A DNA stretch of 64,000 bases. It comes from a virus. The translations under genes and the position numbers were made by a program. The DNA lies in the IMG/VR virus record IMGVR_UViG_3300023202_000163, positions 14,117 through 78,116 of that record; one strand, 5' to 3'. Position 1 is the first letter of the stretch. Each line of letters begins with the position of its first letter. The notes under the pieces were generated by a model. The model was not told the origin of the DNA, did no database searches, and saw only the letters and a program-made list of their open reading frames with translations. Shown in pieces: positions 20,201 through 27,308 of this stretch.

Positions 20201-21990
20201 TTTTAGGAATAGAGTGCTCTTTTTACACTAAAAAAGCTGTTGGGGACCTGTATATAAACGGCATTAAAACAGTTAGTGGAAAAGATTGTGTGGAGGCCAG
20301 TATACATAGTGTGAAAGCTGTTGAATTATTTGCTAACTTGGGTGCTAAAAAGAATACAAACGGCTTAGGGCGTAAAAACTCTCATGTAAAGAACATCCCT
20401 TGGTCTATTATGGAAGCCGATGAGCAATCTCAATTATCGTTTTTAGCCGCGTATCTTGAAGGAGACGGTACTGTTTCTACTAGTAAAAGAACTATAGCTT
20501 TCTATTCATTCTCTGATGAAATTAGGAAACAAATTCAAGTTATGTTAGCAACCCACGGAATTATATCAGTACGGAGAGGAAAAGCCGTTTCTGTGCATGG
20601 TCCATTTGCTATTCGTCTTATGACTATGTTGAGGCCATATCTTTTAGACAAAAACAAAGAGTTTAAAGCATTAAAGCTTCATCACAATAGATTTGGAATA
20701 CCCTCTAAACAATTTATTGAAAAACTTGAAAAAAGAATCGTGAAAGTAACTAATAGGGGTGTTCATTTCTTAGACGATGAAGGGGGAGATATTTTTATTA
20801 AAAATTGGGTGGCTTCACTGCCACCAGAAATTTTGAACTATGAGAAGTATACAGAAGGGGAATATACAGATTGGCTTAATATGGTGAGAAAGGTTGATAA
20901 AACTGTCTATGGAACCTTAATAAATCTTTTTGAACAAGAATACTTCTTTGACACTGTTAGTTCGGTGGAGTACGACAGAGAAATAGATACTTATGACTTA
21001 ATGATGAATTCGAATTATGATCGCTCTTTTGTGGCTTCTGGAATTTTGACACATAATAGTGGAGATGCAAGTTACAATAACATGGAAACCGCCCTGTCGG
21101 TATTTATGGAAACTCTCAGAACGCTGAGAACATATATGGATCGTCGTATTTTTTACGAGAAGATTTTTGCTACCCTGGCTAGGGTACACGGTTTCACGAA
21201 AAAAGACGCAAAAAGCAGAGGACCGAATAATCTTCGAAGAACGATGAATTATAAGAAGGCTTTAAGTATTCCAAAAGAAGATCTTCTTATGCCTAAAATT
21301 GTCTGGGATAAAAAACTTCAGCCCGAAGGTGATATGAACTTTATGGAAATGCTTCGAACGGCGGATGAGGCTGGAGTACCTGTTACTATGAAACAATGGG
21401 CCTCAGGAGCTGGATTAAATCTTGAAGAAATGATGGAAGATTTGAACGAAGACGCGCAATATAGAAAAAAAATTGCTGAATGGAGAAAACAGTTTACTGG
21501 CGATCAAGCAATGGAGCAAGAAGTATTATCTGGAGAAGGGCTACGTTCAATTCCTATATGGGACGAAAAAAATAACTTTGTTGCTCTGTCTTCTACAGAA
21601 GCTATAGATATTTTAGAGCATTTCATGGAAAATAGAAGAAACATGCTAAAGCTGACAAGTGCTGACGAGACGATGCGTACTATTAGCGCCATGGTTGACG
21701 GGCACGCTCTGAAAACTGAATTAATGGCATATCTATTAAGAAGGCTTGGAGTAAAAACTGATCTTCCTATAGAAGAAAGAGCAGTGGACGCAATAGGGGA
21801 ACATCTTCTTAAGATAGGAAAATCTTCCGAGTCCTCTAAAGTTAAAAAAGCAGTACATGCGGAGTTTCAGACTTTAGCTCGCGTTATGTCTAAAGATATA
21901 CCTAAGGAAAGAAAACTAGCCTTGTTGGAGGGGATGTCAAACCGTCAAGATATGTCTCCATTCACACCGAAAGCCGTTACTGGAGTATAG
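17212..21990 (+). CDS. Portal protein with two inteins (about 683 aa after splicing)
   Basis: Follows TerL; portal-like motifs YLRDAIVGPSIDLYSNLPYS, G|TSFLTRI, ALGISDAFL|SGDASY. Confidence 0.85.
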   Translation: MKFNFENSHHSRKSAYGRRDSREGLGKVVQANIGGSRGTGGTGGGGGGGFPGSGSGNNLTSGGQYDVTRYNPVHDHLEIGSLIEDWMPRDASGLHQMWRLIYLRDAIVGPSIDLYSNLPYSEYRLTGIDDPEILRVYQDTMERLDISTMMPELVKEFLTIGKFCSSLIFDSKQGSFIDWTHHDPDFLRIEPIPVRGFDPKVDLVASPALKNFIHSMDDRDLAVKEQLPEEYLRELEKQGTYKLNPLSTLFVPRRASPYDFVGCVTGDTLLSTDKGFIRISEIPNIYPSRGDGKLEAVSIQVPAIAGQDTATHWVDKGEQPTKGLITEHGYRLTGTLDHPVLTLDTRTCQSCWVPLSEISEGSIIALNKKEIWPDIDVVFESTPVQPSANNAKIHVIPQTMTQELALILGYLTSEGYVREDKISFSNSNPEVLEDFLSAFRLCFPTYEPCVGKPRENGLKEITIASVHITRFLHSLGLAPVRAHQKEIPWSVLQSTKNSMAAYLSGLFEGDGTTRADECGLTSKSEELIRQTQVVLLNFGILCSISSPLEGVWFLRMSGSQYDLFHKKIGFRSSAKTHESTRRGRRPKGFNKLPGLEAYVRKLVKDRRVSVGTYINDEGNTVKASVKTKTYGWFNTRSNVYRGISWLRSISVSEANKVQNFVDQTLHWEMVSETSDEGTQRVYDLVVPNSHAFTSNGIVSHNTSFLTRIVSFWALEKSLIESTVTNARRRTRSILHVNAGLENLWEPTEEELEAISGLFIQADEDPVGAVVTTRTGVETSEIRGGGDFWKLSDEWAFLTEGKMRALGISDAFLCLSGDTYIPTVDRGIVKIRDFLDKTRIKNFKESIPVDARNITVSSQYGLGHVDSWVYSGKKKVYKLTTDFGYGLSATKEHRFPVLRDGGVTWEPLENIQKNDHVIIPTNKCVRNTPLSLDRKIKRSCIEKIPNSKKINLPTEMTPSLAFLLGGVVSEGVIFDKHIRFTNSSQKFIKSFNDKVKEVLGIECSFYTKKAVGDLYINGIKTVSGKDCVEASIHSVKAVELFANLGAKKNTNGLGRKNSHVKNIPWSIMEADEQSQLSFLAAYLEGDGTVSTSKRTIAFYSFSDEIRKQIQVMLATHGIISVRRGKAVSVHGPFAIRLMTMLRPYLLDKNKEFKALKLHHNRFGIPSKQFIEKLEKRIVKVTNRGVHFLDDEGGDIFIKNWVASLPPEILNYEKYTEGEYTDWLNMVRKVDKTVYGTLINLFEQEYFFDTVSSVEYDREIDTYDLMMNSNYDRSFVASGILTHNSGDASYNNMETALSVFMETLRTLRTYMDRRIFYEKIFATLARVHGFTKKDAKSRGPNNLRRTMNYKKALSIPKEDLLMPKIVWDKKLQPEGDMNFMEMLRTADEAGVPVTMKQWASGAGLNLEEMMEDLNEDAQYRKKIAEWRKQFTGDQAMEQEVLSGEGLRSIPIWDEKNNFVALSSTEAIDILEHFMENRRNMLKLTSADETMRTISAMVDGHALKTELMAYLLRRLGVKTDLPIEERAVDAIGEHLLKIGKSSESSKVKKAVHAEFQTLARVMSKDIPKERKLALLEGMSNRQDMSPFTPKAVTGV
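17998..19314 (+). mobile_element. Portal intein 1, LAGLIDADG (439 aa)
   Basis: CVTGDTLL ... GTLDHPVL ... LGYLTSEG ... LFEGDG ... NGIVSHN then Thr+1. Confidence 0.95.
19648..21057 (+). mobile_element. Portal intein 2, LAGLIDADG (470 aa)
   Basis: CLSGDTYI ... ATKEHRF ... LGGVVSEG ... YLEGDG ... SGILTHN then Ser+1. Confidence 0.95.
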
Positions 21991-21993
21991 ATA

Positions 21994-22971
21994 GTGGAAC
22001 CTAAAAAATATCAATTTAAAAATATAGCACCAGAATTAAGCGTTAAGATGTTTGAAGATCATGCCCTATTGTATGAATCTTACGTTGAGCGCTTAAACAG
22101 CACTATGGAGAAACTTTCTAACCCTTACGACCCAGAATTAATCAGATCGGCAGCTACTTCTGGGGGCCCATTCCGCGGGATGCATGAGGACAGAACATAT
22201 TTAACCAACGCTGTTTTATTGCACGAATTGTTTTTTGAAAACGTTATACTACCTCCTGATAGCCCGCCTATGACTGTAGGTCCTATGTTTTCTTCCTTGC
22301 TTCAGGAATATTATCCTAATTTAAAAGCTTCTGACTTTTGGTCCCATATAGTGAAACCTATTGCCAAAGCAGCAAGAGGTTGGTGTATAGTAGGCTGGGA
22401 TACTATTCAAGCCAAATTAACGGTTTGCATGATAGACGATCATAATACTAATATAATTATAGGGTGCTATCCATTATTGGTAATTGATGTCTGGGAACAC
22501 GCTTACACACAGCAATATGGAATTGATATAGGAACCTATTTAGACCATCTTTATCGAAGCGTAAATTGGAGCGTAGTGGAACACAGAGTTGCTACGGTAC
22601 ATAGTGCTTCCGAAATGATGCGAACGGCTGTGCCTGAGGAAGCTGAGGATTATATCAGGGATATGCAGAAGCAACACAGAGAAGATTCTGAATTTGGCTT
22701 CCCTGATGAAAATTATTTTGAAAGTGGAGAACTGCCGCAAGGAGGAGGGCTGGATACTAGGCAAGAAGAGGCTATTAAACAAAACCCCAGAGTACATAGT
22801 TCTGTAACCACCGCAGATTTGGAAGCTGCTTACGATAAAATTAAATTATTAAGTAAGGTAAGTTTTTCTCAAACTTTTGAAGATTTATTTGACTCTGAGG
22901 TGAGAGGAAAAGATAAAGATTTTAGAGAAAAATTATGGTCTATGTTAAGAGAAGAACAGGAAGATAAATAA
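21994..22971 (+). CDS. sod: Fe/Mn superoxide dismutase family protein with acidic C-terminal extension
   Basis: Four metal ligands present (EDH, LLHELFF, DVWEHAY), plus RGW and VNWSVVEHR; about 120 extra C-terminal residues. Confidence 0.9.
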   Translation: MEPKKYQFKNIAPELSVKMFEDHALLYESYVERLNSTMEKLSNPYDPELIRSAATSGGPFRGMHEDRTYLTNAVLLHELFFENVILPPDSPPMTVGPMFSSLLQEYYPNLKASDFWSHIVKPIAKAARGWCIVGWDTIQAKLTVCMIDDHNTNIIIGCYPLLVIDVWEHAYTQQYGIDIGTYLDHLYRSVNWSVVEHRVATVHSASEMMRTAVPEEAEDYIRDMQKQHREDSEFGFPDENYFESGELPQGGGLDTRQEEAIKQNPRVHSSVTTADLEAAYDKIKLLSKVSFSQTFEDLFDSEVRGKDKDFREKLWSMLREEQEDK

Positions 22972-22973
22972 AG

Positions 22974-23909
22974 ATGAGCATCCAAAAAATTACACAGTTA
23001 GCGGGGCAAGCCATAGCCCTAGGATTTTCTGAAGAAATTATCAAATTAAACGAAGTTTTGGCGTTTGATATGAGATTCAATCTTAGACATCCTAAAATCG
23101 CAGCTATTTATATGCTAGAAACTCCTATAAACGGATGCCATTTTGAGGTAGTGAAAAGAGACGGAAATAGATATCACGTTGGCGGGGACATAGCTGCTAA
23201 AATTCTAGGCGAAGAAAAGGCATATATGTCTACGCTAGAAAATATAGCAAATCAAGCTAAGGAGCAGGCTGGCCTTATAAAACAATTTTGCAGAAAATGT
23301 AGTTTATTTGATAAACTTTATCCCGAAGAGGCGCACGAACAAGCCATAAAAGAACGAGCCAAAGCTATGGAGGAGGAATATTTAAACGAAGCTGGAGGTA
23401 TAATGGCAAGGCTTTCTAAAGCCGATACTATTCTTCCAAAAGCTCCCGTTCCCAATAAACCAAAAATAAATATTGCTCCCGAAGTAGCAGAAAGACTTCA
23501 AGCAAAGATTAGAGCGCACTGTGAAATACAATTTGCGGTTGCTCAGGCCCATATTCCTCATTGGATCGATTTCTTAATAAGCAAAGAAAAACAAGTTTTG
23601 GGGTCTAAAGAGTATTTTAAAGATTCGGACCCCACAGGGGTTTTGAGGTTGGAAGCTAGTGGTGGGAAAATAACTTTAACAAGAGAAGAAGAAATTATTG
23701 GGGAGTGGGATAATTATCAAGAGGCTAAAAATTTTCTAAGCCTTGGTCTGAATGCCCTCCCTAATGCCGTTCTTCCCGCGACAAAAACTTCCTACAAAAG
23801 AATTGTAGAGTCTATTTCTGCTGACGAAAATACATTAAAAAATGCTATAAGTGCGCAATTATCGAAAAATAATTGCTCCTCTGAGCTTTGGAATTATTTA
23901 AACGCATAA
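22974..23909 (+). CDS. Hypothetical head-associated protein
   Basis: 311-aa ORF between SOD and protease; N-terminal helix-Gly-helix tag. Confidence 0.7.
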   Translation: MSIQKITQLAGQAIALGFSEEIIKLNEVLAFDMRFNLRHPKIAAIYMLETPINGCHFEVVKRDGNRYHVGGDIAAKILGEEKAYMSTLENIANQAKEQAGLIKQFCRKCSLFDKLYPEEAHEQAIKERAKAMEEEYLNEAGGIMARLSKADTILPKAPVPNKPKINIAPEVAERLQAKIRAHCEIQFAVAQAHIPHWIDFLISKEKQVLGSKEYFKDSDPTGVLRLEASGGKITLTREEEIIGEWDNYQEAKNFLSLGLNALPNAVLPATKTSYKRIVESISADENTLKNAISAQLSKNNCSSELWNYLNA

Positions 23910-23961
23910 TTTACAGGCGAAGCTCTTATATCTACTGTAGTACATACTGCGGGAGATAAAA

Positions 23962-24705
23962 GTGTCTAATGAGCCCCATATAGTGTTAGGTGAGGTAGTG
24001 TCTGCTACTTCCACGGTAGAAGCATACAAAAAAAATTATAAATATGAGAAAAGTAACGGAATTACCGCCAGCGTTTTGGAGGGTAAAAATACTTCCGCTT
24101 CCGGATCTTTTAAAAGAGATATTGATGTTTCTTGGTTAGCAGCCGCTGCCGATACTTATCATATAAGCGCGGATATAAATGATTACGTTATTGTTGACAT
24201 ACCTTCTGTTACAATAGATATACCTAATAGAAATCTACAAGCATTTCCTTACGAAGAAGTATCATACTTCGATAATATGCAAGGAAGTCTAGTTTACCAG
24301 ACTTTTGTTGGCAGGCCTACGCATATAGACCACCAAAATTCCAACCCCGTGGAGGCCAAAGGTGTACATTTCGATGCCGCCTTGCAGTATGTCCCTAAAT
24401 ACAATGTTTGGAAAATACGAACGCTTGCGGGCTTTGATAGAACCAAAGATCATAAACTTGTGGCTGACATATTAAGTGGGCGCAGCAATGGTTATTCTAT
24501 GGGAGCACTTGTCCAAAATTTCGTCTGTTCTAACTGCGGGAAAGTAGAAACTGTGAAAAACCCATGTAGATGTATGGCAATGGGAAAGGGTTCTATAATC
24601 GATGGAAGACTAGTTTACCAGCTTTGTGCTGGCGTGCAATATTTTGAACAATCTTCTGTATCCGATCCAGCAGATCCCACAGCTATTTCAGACTCTGTGC
24701 GGTAA
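23962..24705 (+). CDS. Prohead (capsid maturation) protease
   Basis: PNRNLQAF, TFVGRPTHIDHQN, GYSMGA (catalytic Ser), CSNCG, EQSSVSDPADPTA; position between portal and scaffold. Confidence 0.8.
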   Translation: MSNEPHIVLGEVVSATSTVEAYKKNYKYEKSNGITASVLEGKNTSASGSFKRDIDVSWLAAAADTYHISADINDYVIVDIPSVTIDIPNRNLQAFPYEEVSYFDNMQGSLVYQTFVGRPTHIDHQNSNPVEAKGVHFDAALQYVPKYNVWKIRTLAGFDRTKDHKLVADILSGRSNGYSMGALVQNFVCSNCGKVETVKNPCRCMAMGKGSIIDGRLVYQLCAGVQYFEQSSVSDPADPTAISDSVR

Positions 24706-24724
24706 TTACAGGAAATTTAACCTA

Positions 24725-25912
24725 ATGTCATATAATCCTGAAAAAATAGAGGCTGGAAAAGGACCTACCAGAACACAAGGGCCTGGAAAGGCTAGTGACA
24801 CTGTTAGAACTATGCGGAAAGTTAGCCGCGAACAAAATATGGGAGGTCCATCAGGAGGCCCTCAGGGCACAAAAAAAGGGAAAAAGGGCTATACACGAAA
24901 ACAAAAACATAAGGGGCAAGATACCGCGCAGAGCGGAGAGCTTACAGAAGTGGATGAGACTTTTAGGCATATGAATTTTCCCCTTGCCCAAAACTGGGAT
25001 GATTACGCTGAAGCAAGGCCTTGTGGCGAAGGAGAAGATCCTAGAATTGGGCACTGTAATCCCAATACTTCTCCTCCTAGTGAGCCTGAAGAAATTATGC
25101 TGGAAGATGAATATGTACCTGAAGAAATTATGCTGGAAGATGAATATGTACCTGATGATAAATTAATAAATTTGATAGAAAGCCCCAGCGAATGGAAGCA
25201 ACCTTCACCCAGAGATAGAGGGAGAGATGACATGAGTTTTTACGATAGAACCACATTACATGGTAATAAAATTTCCGCCAATTGGGGAAGTCTCGTAGAA
25301 TCTCGTCCTTGTGGGGACCAAGAAAAGTATCCAGAAAAGTGCGGAGAAGACTCTGATGGATCTTCTAATTATCCAGCTATAAAAGCCCCCAAAGCTCCCT
25401 CTTATCCGCAGCAAACCGGTAGACCTCCTCGACCTCTTAACGATTACGATAGGCAATGGCACGATGTTGCTTATTACTTAGGCGATACAGATTCGTATTC
25501 AGAACTAAAAGAGAGGGCTGAGGATTTAGGCCTGCACGGAACAGACACCGAAGAACTTGTAGATTATTTGGTTGACGAACAAATGCCAGTTTATGAAGCT
25601 TTAGAAATTTTACAAGATCATTATCAAGAAAAATGGGAAAAAGAAAATCCTGATCCATATAAAGGAACAGCCATGTTTAGAATAGCAGCAGATCTTAGTT
25701 GGTCTACTCATAAACCAGAAACTTTTGAAGATACAGGAGAGGATGGTTCCTTTCCCGCCTGGGGACTTAAATCTATCATAGACAGAGGCGTAAAGCCTCA
25801 CGAGAAGCCCAAGGGTGATAAGAATATAAATCCGGATACGCAAACACAAAGGAGAAAGATTTCTAAGAAAAGTTTTAAATCTTATTCAATGTTTGAAGAT
25901 TTTAATGAGTAA
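24725..25912 (+). CDS. Acidic, largely disordered putative internal head protein
   Basis: ATG at 24725 preferred to the overlapping 24626 start. Contains two RPCG..E...C motifs, a tandem repeat and an AADLSW tag. Confidence 0.7.
   Translation: MSYNPEKIEAGKGPTRTQGPGKASDTVRTMRKVSREQNMGGPSGGPQGTKKGKKGYTRKQKHKGQDTAQSGELTEVDETFRHMNFPLAQNWDDYAEARPCGEGEDPRIGHCNPNTSPPSEPEEIMLEDEYVPEEIMLEDEYVPDDKLINLIESPSEWKQPSPRDRGRDDMSFYDRTTLHGNKISANWGSLVESRPCGDQEKYPEKCGEDSDGSSNYPAIKAPKAPSYPQQTGRPPRPLNDYDRQWHDVAYYLGDTDSYSELKERAEDLGLHGTDTEELVDYLVDEQMPVYEALEILQDHYQEKWEKENPDPYKGTAMFRIAADLSWSTHKPETFEDTGEDGSFPAWGLKSIIDRGVKPHEKPKGDKNINPDTQTQRRKISKKSFKSYSMFEDFNE
25085..25155 (+). repeat. Exact 33-nt tandem duplication (PEEIMLEDEYV x2)
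   Basis: CCTGAAGAAATTATGCTGGAAGATGAATATGTA twice, then CCTGA. Confidence 0.95.
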
Positions 25913-25978
25913 TAATTAAAGTTTCGTTTTAATTTACCGATAAGTAAATATATTTTAATTTGGGGATTTGAGGATTTA

Positions 25979-26626
25979 ATGATGAATGATAAAAAACCTT
26001 ATGGAATTATTTACGTTTTAACAAGTCCGAGTGGGAAGCAATATGTTGGGCAGACTGTGCAGTCTGTGGAAAAAAGACTACTGTCTCACAAATCAGAAGC
26101 TAAAAAAAGTAGATCTGAACATTTACCTTTATACAGAGCAATAAAAAAATATGGAATAAATGCATTCACTTATGAAACTATAGATAAAGCGTATAGTAGA
26201 GAAGAGTTGGATTTCTTAGAAAAACACCATATTTCTACATTAGGTACGCAAGAAACTGGATTAAACGTAGATGCGGGAGGCAGAGGCCGAAGCGGATTTA
26301 AACTAAATGATAAACAGACAGAGGCATTATATATATCAAACAGTAAACCAAAAACAAAAGAGCATAAAGCTAATATATCTAGGTCACACAAAGGAATGAA
26401 AAAACCTTGGGTTTGTACTCGAAATAAACAAGGATTAAGCAAAGAAACAAGACAAAAAATTAGTGAAACTCTTAAACAGTTTAATTCTAAAAGAAAAGAA
26501 AATGAAATATTTCCACATGGTGAACCTCGTGGATATTGGCGCGGGTGTAAATGTGTTATGTGTAAAAAGGCGGCAGCCTCTTATGCTTTGAACAATAAAA
26601 AGAATAGGAAAAGAAGAAATGGATGA
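25979..26626 (+). CDS. Free-standing GIY-YIG homing endonuclease with NUMOD3-like repeats
   Basis: GIIYVL...YVGQT...RLLSH...LYRAIKKYG; TKEHKANIS and SKETRQKIS; C-terminal HG...Y..GCKC..C. Confidence 0.9.
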   Translation: MMNDKKPYGIIYVLTSPSGKQYVGQTVQSVEKRLLSHKSEAKKSRSEHLPLYRAIKKYGINAFTYETIDKAYSREELDFLEKHHISTLGTQETGLNVDAGGRGRSGFKLNDKQTEALYISNSKPKTKEHKANISRSHKGMKKPWVCTRNKQGLSKETRQKISETLKQFNSKRKENEIFPHGEPRGYWRGCKCVMCKKAAASYALNNKKNRKRRNG

Positions 26627-26759
26627 ACGATCAAAAAAATTAGCTGGTGGTCTTAAGTGGAGTGTTTTAGGATACGGACATGGCGGGCAGCACTACAACC
26701 CCCACGTCTCAAAACCCGTTGCTTTGGAACCTATCGGCGAAGAAGGCGGCTATCATTGA
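26619..26759 (+). CDS. 46-aa ORF not in the track (MDERSKKLAGGLKWSVLG...)
   Basis: ATG overlaps the end of the GIY-YIG gene; carries an AGGLKW version of the recurring LxW tag. Confidence 0.45.
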   Translation: MDERSKKLAGGLKWSVLGYGHGGQHYNPHVSKPVALEPIGEEGGYH

Positions 26760-26785
26760 CCCCGCGGGGTCAATGATAGCTTCTT
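26749..26785 (+). terminator. Perfect 32-bp palindrome followed by TTCTT, possible terminator
   Basis: GCTATCATTGACCCCG CGGGGTCAATGATAGC at 26749-26780. Confidence 0.55.
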
Positions 26786-26877
26786 AAAGGTTTTTAGTTT
26801 ATTATTTCGGTCCGCCCCCCGATTACGGGGGCTCATACGGTCTCTATAGCGATGGGGACACTACCATATCTTGCCCA

Positions 26878-27123
26878 ATGGCGCAAGAAGTGTACAGCCC
26901 TATGAACGGCAAGCCCATGAAATACGTGGGACCTACTTCTGTTGAGGACGTTAAAAAAGCCTTATCTGGCTCTAAATTTTCGAAATTGTTACATTCTTGC
27001 CCAGAATGCTCCCATTCCTATGTTACTTCATCTGACTATGTTAAGGCACTTTCTTGCCCTGCTTGCGGCACAGCAAACGAGTACGGATCCGCCTTAATGA
27101 GGGGGAGAAAAAGCAGAGCATAG
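26878..27123 (+). CDS. Zn-ribbon protein (true start uncertain)
   Basis: CPEC...CPACG; the frame stays open upstream to 26788. Confidence 0.6.
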   Translation: MAQEVYSPMNGKPMKYVGPTSVEDVKKALSGSKFSKLLHSCPECSHSYVTSSDYVKALSCPACGTANEYGSALMRGRKSRA

Positions 27124-27130
27124 CAAAAGT

Positions 27131-27146
27131 ATTTTAGCTATTATAT
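27131..27146 (+). promoter_or_regulatory. Candidate phage late promoter
   Basis: ATTTTAGCTATTATAT, identical 16-mer at 58980, upstream of the scaffold-capsid operon. Confidence 0.6.
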
Positions 27147-27308
27147 TTACTTAGCAGTCTAACCCACCTGCAAAGTTTCAGGCTCAGGTGTGGGTCCATA
27201 AAAGTCTTATTGTGCCTGAAAGGCAAAGTTTAAAAAGTATTATATTACAGTAATAATTACTGTGCAATCCTGAGCCCATAGAAATAGTTCAATAAGGACA
27301 AAAAAACA

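Noticed and set aside
24626-24724. Upstream start of the 428-aa ORF
   Set aside because: It overlaps the protease 3' end; ATG 24725 after an AGGA is more plausible.
26757-26850. UGA followed by a hairpin as a selenocysteine signal
   Set aside because: The UGA lies inside the stem rather than upstream of it, and readthrough soon meets a TAG without a redox motif.
25913-26880. GIY-YIG gene as a possible intron-encoded ORF
   Set aside because: No P7 (GACUA/UAGUC) core or rejoinable exons were seen around it.
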